Positions 27,014-36,808 of a stretch of 64,000 bases of DNA are shown piece by piece (positions within the stretch are counted from its first letter, which is position 1; each line of letters begins with the position of its first letter). The translations under genes were made by a program, and so were the position numbers. This DNA comes from an uncultured Syntrophaceae bacterium. Lineage in GTDB: Bacteria; Desulfobacterota; Syntrophia; Syntrophales; UBA5619. The stretch spans positions 610 through 64,609 of the forward strand of contig CAYSSF010000001.1 in the NCBI GenBank assembly GCA_964433455.1. The letters are read 5' to 3'. A model generated the notes under the pieces. That model searched no databases and was not told the DNA's origin. It saw only the letters and a program-made list of their open reading frames with translations.

Positions 27014-29377
27014 ATGTCGAAACAACTTACCACGGAAATGGCGGTGAATTCACACTTATGCCTTGGCTGTGGAATGTGCGTTGCAATTTGCCCAATGACA
27101 GCAATCGCCCTGATCGAGACGCCGGACGGCAGACTGACTCCCCAGATCAATCAAGATGTCTGTAATCATTGTGGTCATTGTCTGTCTCTTTGCCCTGGTG
27201 CATCGATTCACGGCATTGAGACGTTGATTGCCCGACAGGGATCTTTTGATGGCCCTTGCCTTGAAGCTTTTGTCGCACATGCCTCTGATCACGTGTTCAG
27301 GTCTCAAGGGCAAAGCGGTGGTGTCGTTACAGCAATTGCCGCAGGGCTTCTTGAATCGCAGCAAGTAGACGGCGTCGTCGTATCCAAGCTGGAGTGGAAT
27401 TCCAACAAACCAAGAGGCCGCACCTTTATTGCCAGAAGCAAGGATGAATTGCTGGCCTCTCAAGGATCCAAGTACTGTCCCATGCCCCTTTTTGAAAGGC
27501 TTAACGCCGAAATGGGGTCTTCGGAAAGATTGGCTGTTGTCGGTCTTCCCTGCCACATACACGCAATCCATAACTTAAAGACTCTGCATCCCGAAATTGC
27601 AAAACAAATTAAAATAACCGTCGGTCTTTTTTGTGACCGGACATTGACATACGCTGCCATTGACTATCTCATCGGTAGAGCAAATCTTCATGTTTCCGAT
27701 ATTTCGTCATTTATGTTTAGGGACAAATTGAGGACGGGTTATCCGGGCGATGTATGCATGTTGGAAAGAAATGGAAGGATAAAAGTTCTTCCAAACACGG
27801 AAAGGATGAGGATAAAGGATCAATTTACACCCCTTCGATGTCGATTCTGTTTCGATAAGCTGAACTTGCTTAGCGATATCACGATCGGCGATCCACATGG
27901 CATCAAGGAGGCAGATCGTTTAAAAGGTGAGTCCGTTGTGCTGGTTCGAACGCAAGTGGGTAAAGATATGATCAAACTCTGTCTTGATCACAGGATACTG
28001 GAGACAAAGGTTATTAATTACAGAGATGTCCATACGGGACAGGCAATGGATGACAAGTTAAAGGGATGGCATGCCTATGTGACCGCATGGCAAAGATTGG
28101 ACGGTCAACTTCCGACCTTTGCGGATCAACTGTCCAAGTTGATTGCCTCACCGCCTTCCGAAAATCCCCAATATACCTTGATGCTGATCCATACGCTACA
28201 ACAAGAGCTCTGCCTGAAGAGAGACGCGCTTTTACAATCCGCCTCCGTGAGATTAGGCGAATACGAACCTTATTTCGGAAGCATTTCCGATCGCCATTTT
28301 ATTGTTGAAATTATGGGTGCCGGCTTTGTAAACAAAGGCGCCATGTTGATGATGATGGCGGTTATGGAACAAATTAGGGAATATCGTCCAGACGCCAGGA
28401 TCGCCGTCGCCCCGATGCCGCAGATGAAACGTTTTCTCGACTATGAAATCTTGCCTATCATCCCCGGGCTGATCGAATATCCGGATCTAAATTTACTCCT
28501 TGACGCATCAGGGTTTGTCTACTCCGATCAGTGGGGAGCTGATTTTTCAAGAGCAGCGGCGTTTAAGTTTGAAAAGCTCAAGTCATATGGCGCCAAATTG
28601 ATTCTCTTACCCCAAGCATTCGGCCCCTTTCAAAATCCGGAGGTAAGGGATTTGTTCAGAAGAATCGTAGCCGCGGTCGATCTCATTTTTGTGCGCGACC
28701 ACAGTTCACTTGAACATGTCCGCTCCGTGGCTGGCGATGATCAGAAGATACATCTTGCTCCTGACTTCACGATCCTTCTTGAAGCCAAGAAACCGCTTGA
28801 GCCAAGCTTATATACAGACAAGGTGTGCATTGTGCCAAATTTACGGATGCTCGATAAAGCCGGAAACGGTGATAGCGCCCACTACATTGATTTCCTGAAA
28901 AAAACAGTCATCGCAAGCCGGACGCTGGGAAAGGGTGCATTTTTTCTTATCCACGAGGGTTATGGCGACTTTGAAATAGCACAAAGAGTAAACCACCTTC
29001 TTGATCAGAATTGCGAGATAACCATCGAAAGCGATCCGTTGGTATTGAAGGGAATTCTGGGCACATCTGCGGCGGTGGGGTCATCACGTTACCATGCGTT
29101 AATCGGCTCATTGTCCCAGGCGATCCCCTCCATTTGCGTCGGCTGGTCTCACAAATATCACGAGCTATTTAACGACTACAACTTTCCCGAGGGTATTATT
29201 GAAACGGATGCCACTCAGGACCAATTGCAGGGGGTGCTTGCAACCTTCTTCAATCATTCAACCAGGGATGGAATCATTGGGCGCCTCGCATCATCCGCTA
29301 ACATCCAGAAAGAAATAGCAAAGAGGATGTGGAAAATGGTTTTCGATTACGTAGGCCTGCCGCCAACGCACATTTGA
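27014..29377 (+). CDS. Fusion protein: 2x[4Fe-4S] ferredoxin + FrhB/FdhB-like (F420 hydrogenase beta-like) domain + polysaccharide pyruvyl transferase domain
   Basis: 'CLGCGMCVAICP' and 'CNHCGHCLSLCP' clusters, with 'GQSGGVVT' and 'VVGLPCHIHA' (FrhB-like). The C-terminal half, 'FVRDHSSLEHV...APDFT...SSRYHALIGSLSQAIPSICVGWSHKY', matches the pyruvyl transferase pattern. Confidence 0.8.
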   Translation: MSKQLTTEMAVNSHLCLGCGMCVAICPMTAIALIETPDGRLTPQINQDVCNHCGHCLSLCPGASIHGIETLIARQGSFDGPCLEAFVAHASDHVFRSQGQSGGVVTAIAAGLLESQQVDGVVVSKLEWNSNKPRGRTFIARSKDELLASQGSKYCPMPLFERLNAEMGSSERLAVVGLPCHIHAIHNLKTLHPEIAKQIKITVGLFCDRTLTYAAIDYLIGRANLHVSDISSFMFRDKLRTGYPGDVCMLERNGRIKVLPNTERMRIKDQFTPLRCRFCFDKLNLLSDITIGDPHGIKEADRLKGESVVLVRTQVGKDMIKLCLDHRILETKVINYRDVHTGQAMDDKLKGWHAYVTAWQRLDGQLPTFADQLSKLIASPPSENPQYTLMLIHTLQQELCLKRDALLQSASVRLGEYEPYFGSISDRHFIVEIMGAGFVNKGAMLMMMAVMEQIREYRPDARIAVAPMPQMKRFLDYEILPIIPGLIEYPDLNLLLDASGFVYSDQWGADFSRAAAFKFEKLKSYGAKLILLPQAFGPFQNPEVRDLFRRIVAAVDLIFVRDHSSLEHVRSVAGDDQKIHLAPDFTILLEAKKPLEPSLYTDKVCIVPNLRMLDKAGNGDSAHYIDFLKKTVIASRTLGKGAFFLIHEGYGDFEIAQRVNHLLDQNCEITIESDPLVLKGILGTSAAVGSSRYHALIGSLSQAIPSICVGWSHKYHELFNDYNFPEGIIETDATQDQLQGVLATFFNHSTRDGIIGRLASSANIQKEIAKRMWKMVFDYVGLPPTHI

Positions 29378-29441
29378 CCCAATTTTTTTGTCAATCGCTC
29401 GGCAGATTACTTTAATCCCATAAATCTAAGGGTAACAATAG

Positions 29442-31070
29442 ATGAAACCATTGAAAGCAAGGAAGAGAATAACGATATCCTTATGTATGATCGTAAGGAA
29501 TGAAGAGGCATGCCTCGACCGCTGCCTGAAAAGTGTGCGTGAATATGTTGACGAGATCATTATCGTGGATACAGGATCAACGGATAAGACGATCGAAATC
29601 GCAGCAGGGTACGGCGCCAGAATCTACCACCACCCCTGGGAAAATGATTTCAGCAAACACCGGAACCAGTCCCTGGCCTATGCAACAGGAGACTGGATAG
29701 TGCAGATGGACGCAGATGAGGAGCTGTTTGCGGAAGACGGGGCCATGTTGAGGTCTGCCATTCGGGAAGGGAAAGCCGATCATTTCCATTGCCGTTTTTA
29801 CGACATGAAAAAGGACGGCGCTGTCCACGGCGTCTTCTACCTGATCCGGCTGTTCCGCAATCGCATGGGGATGAGCTATGTGCGGAAAGTCCACAATCAG
29901 TTGCGCGCTTGCGGGGTGGGAGCCTACAGCGGGATTCGCATTCGGCACTACGGCTATGATCTGTCGGTGGAGCAGATGGAGGCGAAGCATGTCCGGACGA
30001 CAACGCTTTTGCAGGAAATGCTGACGAGCGACCCTGAGGATGTCTATAGTGTCTATCAATTGTCCGCCTCTTATTCCATGCACCGTGAGTTTGACAAGGC
30101 CGCCGAGTACGGAGAAAGGGCGCTGGCAATCATGCGCCGCAAAGGGTTGAGGAACGATTTTTTCCTGATTGTTTTCTATTCAGTCGCGCAGGGATACAAC
30201 GCCCTGGGTAGATTTGACGATGCGGAACGCGTCTGCATAGAAGCCCTTGATCTATTCCCCATGCATATGGATATGTGTCATCTCCTGGCCACCATTTATT
30301 TCCGCCAAAAAAATGCTGATTTATGCCAAGCCATCTCGGAGCGCTATCTTGCAATCTATGACGCCTTTGAAAAGAATCCATTGGTCTTGGGGAGTAGTTA
30401 TTGTCACAGTTTTGCCAAGAGAAATGAAATCTACTTCGGCCTGGCCTGCATCCACTTCATGAAAAAGGATTTTGCAGGGGCCGATGATTTATTTCGAAAG
30501 TCTTTTGAAGATTCAGGGAAAAAATTGGAAGAGGCAGAAAATGTCTGCCGTTTCTATTTCGGACAACAAATGGATGACAAGGCCTTGTCATGGCTGAAGA
30601 TTGCCTATCAAGCCGGTCTGGTCGCCGATAAAACCCCGGCGATTATGGAGGAACATCTGGAGCTTTATATGAAGGTGGGCAAAAATTGCCTGCAGCAGGA
30701 CGAACTGCAGGCCGCCGCCGATTGCCTGGAAAAAGCCGCAGATGAGGAACTCACTGTGGAGGAACAACTCGAAAAGCGGTTGTTACAGGTCGGGCTGTTC
30801 TGGCGGGTGGAAGCTACGGATGAACTGCTCGGATCCCTGGAATCGCTCATGGGGATGCTGGACATGCAGACCCGACGCACCCTCCAGTCTGTTCATGACC
30901 TGGGGCAGATTGTCTATGATATTGCCGAGGCATTTTGCCTGCGTCGCCAGTGGCCTTTGGCCGAAACAGCCCTTCAACTGGCTCTTCAGATCGCCCCGGC
31001 CCTTTTCGATCACCGCAAGTTCGAGCGGATGCTTCCGGGCGAAGCGCAGGCCGGCAATCACCCCGCGTAA
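29442..31070 (+). CDS. Family-2 glycosyltransferase with C-terminal TPR domain
   Basis: 'ISLCMIVRNEEACLDRCLKSV...IIIVDTGSTDKT...DADEEL' gives the GT-A/DxD pattern, followed by ~350 aa of TPR-like helices. Confidence 0.85.
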   Translation: MKPLKARKRITISLCMIVRNEEACLDRCLKSVREYVDEIIIVDTGSTDKTIEIAAGYGARIYHHPWENDFSKHRNQSLAYATGDWIVQMDADEELFAEDGAMLRSAIREGKADHFHCRFYDMKKDGAVHGVFYLIRLFRNRMGMSYVRKVHNQLRACGVGAYSGIRIRHYGYDLSVEQMEAKHVRTTTLLQEMLTSDPEDVYSVYQLSASYSMHREFDKAAEYGERALAIMRRKGLRNDFFLIVFYSVAQGYNALGRFDDAERVCIEALDLFPMHMDMCHLLATIYFRQKNADLCQAISERYLAIYDAFEKNPLVLGSSYCHSFAKRNEIYFGLACIHFMKKDFAGADDLFRKSFEDSGKKLEEAENVCRFYFGQQMDDKALSWLKIAYQAGLVADKTPAIMEEHLELYMKVGKNCLQQDELQAAADCLEKAADEELTVEEQLEKRLLQVGLFWRVEATDELLGSLESLMGMLDMQTRRTLQSVHDLGQIVYDIAEAFCLRRQWPLAETALQLALQIAPALFDHRKFERMLPGEAQAGNHPA

Positions 31071-31182
31071 CAACAAACAATTACAGAAACTCACCCCTCG
31101 GATCCTGTTCCCTCGGTTATGCCCACCGCGGCAGAAAAGTATCCGCCGCGCCTTCCTGAAAAAACGAAAATGCATTTTGTAT

Positions 31183-31210
31183 TAAAGTTACGAGCCCCCC
31201 GCGTCGATAA
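31183..31210 (+). promoter_or_regulatory. Sigma-28 promoter TAAAGTTA-N12-GTCGATAA (fliC)
   Basis: Close match to the TAAAGTTT-N11/12-GCCGATAA consensus. Leaves a ~155-nt leader before fliC. Confidence 0.8.
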
Positions 31211-31327
31211 GAGTATCGAACAGAGCGGAACGAAGCGGAGGGAGGTGAGAAAAAGGGGTAGCGGCAAGGGCGCCGGAATAGGGAACGACCGATTCCGGTT
31301 CAACGGCAACTCTCTGAAAAATTACAT

Positions 31328-31365
31328 TGGCAAGGAAGCCAGAAAAAACCAAATCAAGGAGGATT
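31328..31365 (+). promoter_or_regulatory. Putative CsrA binding sites in fliC leader
   Basis: Hairpin TGGC-AAGGAA-GCCA presents GGA in its loop (31328..31341). A second GGA lies in the SD AAGGAGG (31356..31362). The two GGA motifs are ~24 nt apart. Confidence 0.5.
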
Positions 31366-31371
31366 AAGACC

Positions 31372-32490
31372 ATGGGATTCAGAATTCAAAACAACATCGC
31401 GGCAATGAATGCACAGAGCAACCTGGGTGTTTCCGATGCGCAGATGAGCAAATCGCTGCAGAGACTCTCTTCGGGTTTCCGGATCAACTCCGCCAAGGAT
31501 GATGCGGCAGGTCTCGCCATTTCGCAGGGCTTCAGGGCCGACATCGCATCCGTCAAGGTTGCCCAGAGAAACATCACGGAAGCGAACTCCCTCTTGCAGG
31601 TCGCTGAAGGCGCGATGAACAGCGTCGGCGACATACTGACCCGTATGAAGGAATTGGCCACGCAGGCCGCCTCCGCAAACGCGGGATCGGACATCGGAAA
31701 GGTCGGGGCCGAGTATGATACGCTGGTGGCTGAAATCGACCGTATCGCGAACTCCACCAAGTATGCGGGCACCGAGCTGACAAACGGCAATTTCACGGCA
31801 GGCAACACCCTGAAGGCAGCCAGTTCGACATGGGATTCGGCGGTCGCCAACGTTTATGATATCAACATCACGAACGCGGCAGCGGGCACCTACGTGGTCA
31901 CCGCCTCGGCGTTGGGGGACTCGATGACCATCACCAAGGGCGGCGTCTCCGAGACCAAGACCGTCAACGACGGCGCGCAGACGATCAACTTCTCGACCTT
32001 CGGCATCAGCCTCAAGACGACGGCCGCCGCGGTTGGCGATGCGGTCGGTACGGCCATGGCCGGCACACAGGTCATCTCTGCAGGTGAAAACTCCAAGAAT
32101 TTCCAGATCGGTTATGAGAAGAGTGCCGATTCGCAGCTCGGCGTGAGCATCGATTCCATCACCTCCACCGCGCTGCTGCTTGGCACGGGCGACCTGGCCG
32201 ATGCGGCAACCGCTTACGACACTCTCGACAAGATCGATGCCGCGGTCAGCGCTCTGGCCACATCCCGTGCAGAAGTCGGCGCCTACCAGAACCGGTTGAG
32301 CTATGCCAGCACCAACCTCGGCACCACATTGGAAAACTTCACCGCCGCCGAATCGGCGATCCGCGACGTGGATATGGCGGCTGAAATGACGTCCTTCACC
32401 AAGAACCAGATCCTCGTCCAGGCCGGTACGGCGATGTTGGCCCAGGCCAACTCGGCGCCGCAGCAGATCCTCTCTCTGCTCAAAGGATAA
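31372..32490 (+). CDS. fliC: Flagellin
   Basis: MGFRIQNNIAAMNAQSNL, 'LQRLSSGFRINSAKDDAAGLAIS' and C-terminal 'QAGTAMLAQANSAPQQILSLLKG'. ATG 31372 follows AAGGAGG. Confidence 0.96.
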   Translation: MGFRIQNNIAAMNAQSNLGVSDAQMSKSLQRLSSGFRINSAKDDAAGLAISQGFRADIASVKVAQRNITEANSLLQVAEGAMNSVGDILTRMKELATQAASANAGSDIGKVGAEYDTLVAEIDRIANSTKYAGTELTNGNFTAGNTLKAASSTWDSAVANVYDINITNAAAGTYVVTASALGDSMTITKGGVSETKTVNDGAQTINFSTFGISLKTTAAAVGDAVGTAMAGTQVISAGENSKNFQIGYEKSADSQLGVSIDSITSTALLLGTGDLADAATAYDTLDKIDAAVSALATSRAEVGAYQNRLSYASTNLGTTLENFTAAESAIRDVDMAAEMTSFTKNQILVQAGTAMLAQANSAPQQILSLLKG

Positions 32491-32513
32491 CCCCCTTTAT
32501 AACCCCTTTCAAA

Positions 32514-32543
32514 CCCCGCACCTTACGGTGCGGGGTTTTTTTT
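32514..32543 (+). terminator. Rho-independent terminator after fliC
   Basis: 9-bp stem CCCCGCACC / GGTGCGGGG, loop TTAC, followed by T8. Confidence 0.88.
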
Positions 32544-32696
32544 GGCCGATTCTTTGCTATATCAATGCACGGGATGTGACGGGATCGGGATGCCTCCACA
32601 GCATGTAATTCCGGACAGGACATAAAACAAAGTGATATCAGAATATTATATTTTCATGATCCGTGACGACGTAAAATGACGGTGATTCGATTATGC

Positions 32697-32724
32697 TCAA
32701 GTTTCCGGCAATATTTTCCGATAA
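32697..32724 (+). promoter_or_regulatory. Sigma-28 promoter TCAAGTTT-N12-TCCGATAA (fliD)
   Basis: Read directly from the sequence, 25 nt upstream of the fliD ATG. Confidence 0.75.
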
Positions 32725-32748
32725 GTACCATAGAGAGGGAAAACATCC

Positions 32749-35700
32749 ATGGCCACAAACCTCATAAGCGGGCTTTCCAGCGGCATCGACTGGAAAACGA
32801 TGGTCGATCAGTTGATCGCCATAGACCACAGACGTGTCGATCTCGTTTCGAACAAGAAGACAACGGAGACGCAGAAGCTCTCGGAGTGGCAGTCGTTCAA
32901 TACCAAACTTCTCGCCTTGAAAACCGCCGCCGGCAACCTGAAGGACGCCGATGCGTTCAGTCTCTACACAGCCACGCTGACCACGGACAGTGCGACAGTC
33001 AAGGCGTCCGACCTGCTGACTGTCACGGCCTCAGCGAACGCTTCGATCGGCTCCTACGCATTGACGATCAACAGCCTGGCCCAGGCGCAGAAGATCTCCT
33101 CCGGATCATTCGCGAGTTTGTCCGACACCATCGGAGCCGGTCATGCAGGTGATTTCTTGATCAATGGAACGGTGATCCGTGTTGCGGCAACGGACACGCT
33201 GACCACGTTGAAGGACAAGATCAACGATGCCAATTCGGGCGCCAATCCGACAGGGGTCACAGCCGGCATTATCAGCTATGCGGCCGGTGATCACCGGCTG
33301 GTTCTGACCAGCGACAGCACGGGGGCCTCCGGCATCGGCCTTTTAAACGCGGGAGCGACCGACATCCTCAATCAGTTCGGCTTTACCGATACCAGCCGGG
33401 TCGCGAAAAACCACATCGCCGGAGGCGACAGAACGGACGCCTTCAGCAGCACCGCCGTCTCCATCCAATCATTGCTTGGGCTCTCAACCACCCAAACCTC
33501 CGGAGCAGGCGAGATCGTGATCAATGGTCAGGCCATTGCCGCCATTGATCTCAGTACGGATACGCTCGGCAGCCTGCAGACCAAACTTGCGGCTGCGGGA
33601 CTCACCGTCTCCATCACCAGTGAAACAGAGAGCAACCGGACCTCTTACCGGCTGATGGTCGCGGGGGCGGCCAATACCTATACGGACAGGAACAATATTC
33701 TTGAAACACTGGGATTGATCAAAGGCGGCGTTTCGGACGTGGCCGGCGTGGCCGGTGATGTTCCCAATACGACCGGCGGCGCCGTCATGACCGCGGACAC
33801 CCTGATCAAGGATATCGATGGCTACACAGGCTACCTGGATACGGACTACATCCATCTGGAAGGTACGGACACCAACGGGATCGCGGTATCGGACGATACG
33901 TTCGCGCTTTCCGAAACGACAACGGTCGGAGACCTGCTCGCGAAGATCCAGAGCCTGTTCGGCGATGTGACCGCATCGGTTATGGGCGACGGCAAGGTGA
34001 TGGTTGTGGACAACACCCCCGGTGCGACTCCCCTGGCGGTAACGATCGGCGTAAAGGATTCCGGGGGCGCGGCCGACGACACCCTCAAGTTGGACGCGGA
34101 CGGTCTCTTGGCCGGCATCACCCGGAAGCGGCAGATCGTGGCCGGATCGGATGCGTCCATCACGGTAGACGGCGTCACCGTCACCCGGTCGGACAATACG
34201 ATCGACGATATCATGGCCGGCGTCACGCTCAATTTGCTCAAGGCGGATGTCGGCACGACGGTGACGTTCAACATCGGCCGGGATATCGACGCGATTATGG
34301 CGAAGATGAACAGTTTTGTCTCCAGCTACAACGGCATTTCATCCTATATCCATACCCAGACCTCCTATGACGAAACGAAAAAAAAGGCGGGGGGACGGCT
34401 CTTCGGAGACGCGACGCTCGCCTCGGTTAAATCCGATCTGACCTCGCTCCTGGTCCAGCGGATCTGGGGCGTTTCTTCCGATTACGCCACCTTGGGTCTG
34501 GTGGGGATCAATGTGGACAAAGCAGGACAACTCTCCATCGACAACGGCAAGCTGCGCGGCTACCTGACCACGAACTTCAACGATGTTCAGAAGCTCTTCG
34601 CCGCCAGCGGGACAACCAGCGTGGGAACGCTTGAATATATCTCCCATGGGATCAAGGCCCAGCAGGGCGATTACACGGTTCATATCACGACAGCGGCCAC
34701 AAGAAGCACATCGGCGCCATCGGACAATACCAGCCTGAGCGGCGACGAAACGCTGACGATTGCCAGTGGGAGCAGTGCCGCAGTCATCGGCATGACCAGC
34801 GGAATGTCCATGGCCCAGATCGTAAATGCGGTCAACAGCGAACTGTCGACGAGCTACACGCAGATTCTGACCTCGGCCCAGCCGCTTTTCGCCGATGGCG
34901 GGCAGGCGGCGGCCATTACCGGATCAACGAAATGGAACAGCGTCTATGACGGCGCCGGCAGTTCGGCCAATCTGGCCGACGGCGACGTCATCTCCTTCAC
35001 GGGAACCTCCCGCAACGGCGCCATCCTCAACGGGTCCTACACGATTTCCGAAGTCGCCACGGACTCGGTCCAGGGGCTGCTTTCCGCGATCGAAACGACC
35101 TTCGGCAATGAAGTCACCGCAGCGGTCAACGCCTCCGGCCAGATTGTGCTGACCGACAAAACCCAGGGAAGCAGCAGTGTCGGGTTGACGCTGGTCACCA
35201 CGCAGGCCCATGACCTCGATTTCGGAACGGTCCTGACGACCAACACAGGCGCACAGCAGGGGCGCTACGCGATGGGGATCACCGCATCCGCCGATTCGGG
35301 CAACCACCTGATCCTGACCCACAACAGCTACGGCGCGGGGAACAGTTTCACGATCCGGCAGCAGAACAACCTCCTCTGGACCGGCGGCGACCAGACCGTC
35401 GACGATGGGGTGGACGTGGCCGGAACGATCAATGGGGAGGCGGCGACGGGTTCGGGGCAGGTGCTCAAGGGCAACAGCGGCGAGGCCAACGTGGATGACC
35501 TGTCGATCAAATATACCGGTTCTGCCGGCGGGGTTGACGCCGGAACGGTGAAACTCACGTTCGGCGTGGCGGAACTCTTTAACCGATCGCTGTTCAACAT
35601 CACCGATTCCCTGGAAGGCTACGTCTCTTACAAGCAGCAGTCTCTTCAGGGGAATATCAGCAGGTATGAGACCCAGATCGATGAAATGGAGGCCCGCCTG

Positions 35701-35835
35701 GACCTCAAGCGAGAGTTGCTGATCAACCGTTTTGTACAGATGGAGATGGCCATGCAGCAGGTCCAGAATCAGAGCAACTGGCTGGCGTCGCAAATCACCG
35801 TGGCGGCCAACGGTTGGGTAAAAAATACCAAATGA
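32749..35835 (+). CDS. fliD: Flagellar filament cap protein FliD (unusually long, 1028 aa)
   Basis: N-terminus 'ISGLSSGIDWKTMVDQLIAIDHRRVD' and C-terminus 'QIDEMEARLDLKRELLINRFVQMEMAMQQ', with a large central insertion. Confidence 0.9.
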   Translation: MATNLISGLSSGIDWKTMVDQLIAIDHRRVDLVSNKKTTETQKLSEWQSFNTKLLALKTAAGNLKDADAFSLYTATLTTDSATVKASDLLTVTASANASIGSYALTINSLAQAQKISSGSFASLSDTIGAGHAGDFLINGTVIRVAATDTLTTLKDKINDANSGANPTGVTAGIISYAAGDHRLVLTSDSTGASGIGLLNAGATDILNQFGFTDTSRVAKNHIAGGDRTDAFSSTAVSIQSLLGLSTTQTSGAGEIVINGQAIAAIDLSTDTLGSLQTKLAAAGLTVSITSETESNRTSYRLMVAGAANTYTDRNNILETLGLIKGGVSDVAGVAGDVPNTTGGAVMTADTLIKDIDGYTGYLDTDYIHLEGTDTNGIAVSDDTFALSETTTVGDLLAKIQSLFGDVTASVMGDGKVMVVDNTPGATPLAVTIGVKDSGGAADDTLKLDADGLLAGITRKRQIVAGSDASITVDGVTVTRSDNTIDDIMAGVTLNLLKADVGTTVTFNIGRDIDAIMAKMNSFVSSYNGISSYIHTQTSYDETKKKAGGRLFGDATLASVKSDLTSLLVQRIWGVSSDYATLGLVGINVDKAGQLSIDNGKLRGYLTTNFNDVQKLFAASGTTSVGTLEYISHGIKAQQGDYTVHITTAATRSTSAPSDNTSLSGDETLTIASGSSAAVIGMTSGMSMAQIVNAVNSELSTSYTQILTSAQPLFADGGQAAAITGSTKWNSVYDGAGSSANLADGDVISFTGTSRNGAILNGSYTISEVATDSVQGLLSAIETTFGNEVTAAVNASGQIVLTDKTQGSSSVGLTLVTTQAHDLDFGTVLTTNTGAQQGRYAMGITASADSGNHLILTHNSYGAGNSFTIRQQNNLLWTGGDQTVDDGVDVAGTINGEAATGSGQVLKGNSGEANVDDLSIKYTGSAGGVDAGTVKLTFGVAELFNRSLFNITDSLEGYVSYKQQSLQGNISRYETQIDEMEARLDLKRELLINRFVQMEMAMQQVQNQSNWLASQITVAANGWVKNTK

Positions 35836-35869
35836 CAAATGTAACCATTACCGAAAGCGAGGGACAATC

Positions 35870-36334
35870 ATGTATCAGAGTGTCGTCAATTCCTACCAGC
35901 AAACGCAATTCTTCACGACGAATCCGTCAAAACTGATTTTGATGTGTTATGAAGGGGCGATCAGCAGTTTGAAACTGGCGAGGGACAACTATCTGGCCGG
36001 AAGATTTGAAGCCAAAGCCGGGGCCCTGCAAAAATGTCTGGATATCCTTCATGAATTGAACGCCATCCTGGATCTTGAAAGGGGGGGGGAGTGCGCGGTA
36101 AACCTGCGGAGCCTGTATGTCTACATGACGCAGGCATTGACGGAAGCGGATCTGAAGAGGGACATCGAAACGATGAATCAGGTCATCACCCTGTTGGAAG
36201 AACTTGAATCCGCATGGAAGGTTGTTGCTGCGCACGCCGCCGGCGCCGAGGAGAGGCGGCCCGTGCCGGGAGTTGGACCGGGAATCCATAGGAGCGTCCA
36301 GCCGGCCGCAATCGCGCGGACATGGAGCGTATGA
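35870..36334 (+). CDS. fliS: Flagellin-specific chaperone FliS
   Basis: 'NPSKLILMCYEGAISSLKLA' and 'CLDILHELNAILDLERGGE...NLRSLYVYM'. Confidence 0.9.
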   Translation: MYQSVVNSYQQTQFFTTNPSKLILMCYEGAISSLKLARDNYLAGRFEAKAGALQKCLDILHELNAILDLERGGECAVNLRSLYVYMTQALTEADLKRDIETMNQVITLLEELESAWKVVAAHAAGAEERRPVPGVGPGIHRSVQPAAIARTWSV

Positions 36335-36370
36335 TGCGACCCGTTTTGTGCAGATCAGGGGGTGAAGACC

Positions 36371-36808
36371 ATGCAAAACCATTCGAATGAAATCGGGCAG
36401 ATCCTGGAGAAGAAGCGCGACGCCTATGCCGAATTTCTCTCTGCAACCCTGCTGCTGAAAAAGGCGCTGGACGCCGAAGAGATGGCCACGGTGAGCGGTC
36501 TAATCGAACGCCGTTCAACGTTGATGGGGGTCATTGACGGTTTGGATCGGGAGATGGTCCGTTATCAGAAAACCGGTCATTACGAACCAATCGGTGAAAC
36601 CGGCCCGAGAACGGCGGCCCTCTCCGCAAATCTGAGCGAAAAGCTCCGGAAGATCTTCTCCGAGAATCAGGATTGCCATGCCATTGCGGCTGACCGGCTT
36701 TCACGATTGCGCAAAGAACTGCTTACCCTTCATGAAAGAGCAGGCGGCGTCCACGGATACAACCATCCAGTCGGACAGGTCCCGAAGTTTCTGAACGTCC
36801 GGACATAA
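36371..36808 (+). CDS. Hypothetical helical protein (FliT/FlgN-like position)
   Basis: 145 aa, helical, located between fliS and flaG. No motif I can name. GTG 36362 is an alternative start. Confidence 0.5.
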   Translation: MQNHSNEIGQILEKKRDAYAEFLSATLLLKKALDAEEMATVSGLIERRSTLMGVIDGLDREMVRYQKTGHYEPIGETGPRTAALSANLSEKLRKIFSENQDCHAIAADRLSRLRKELLTLHERAGGVHGYNHPVGQVPKFLNVRT

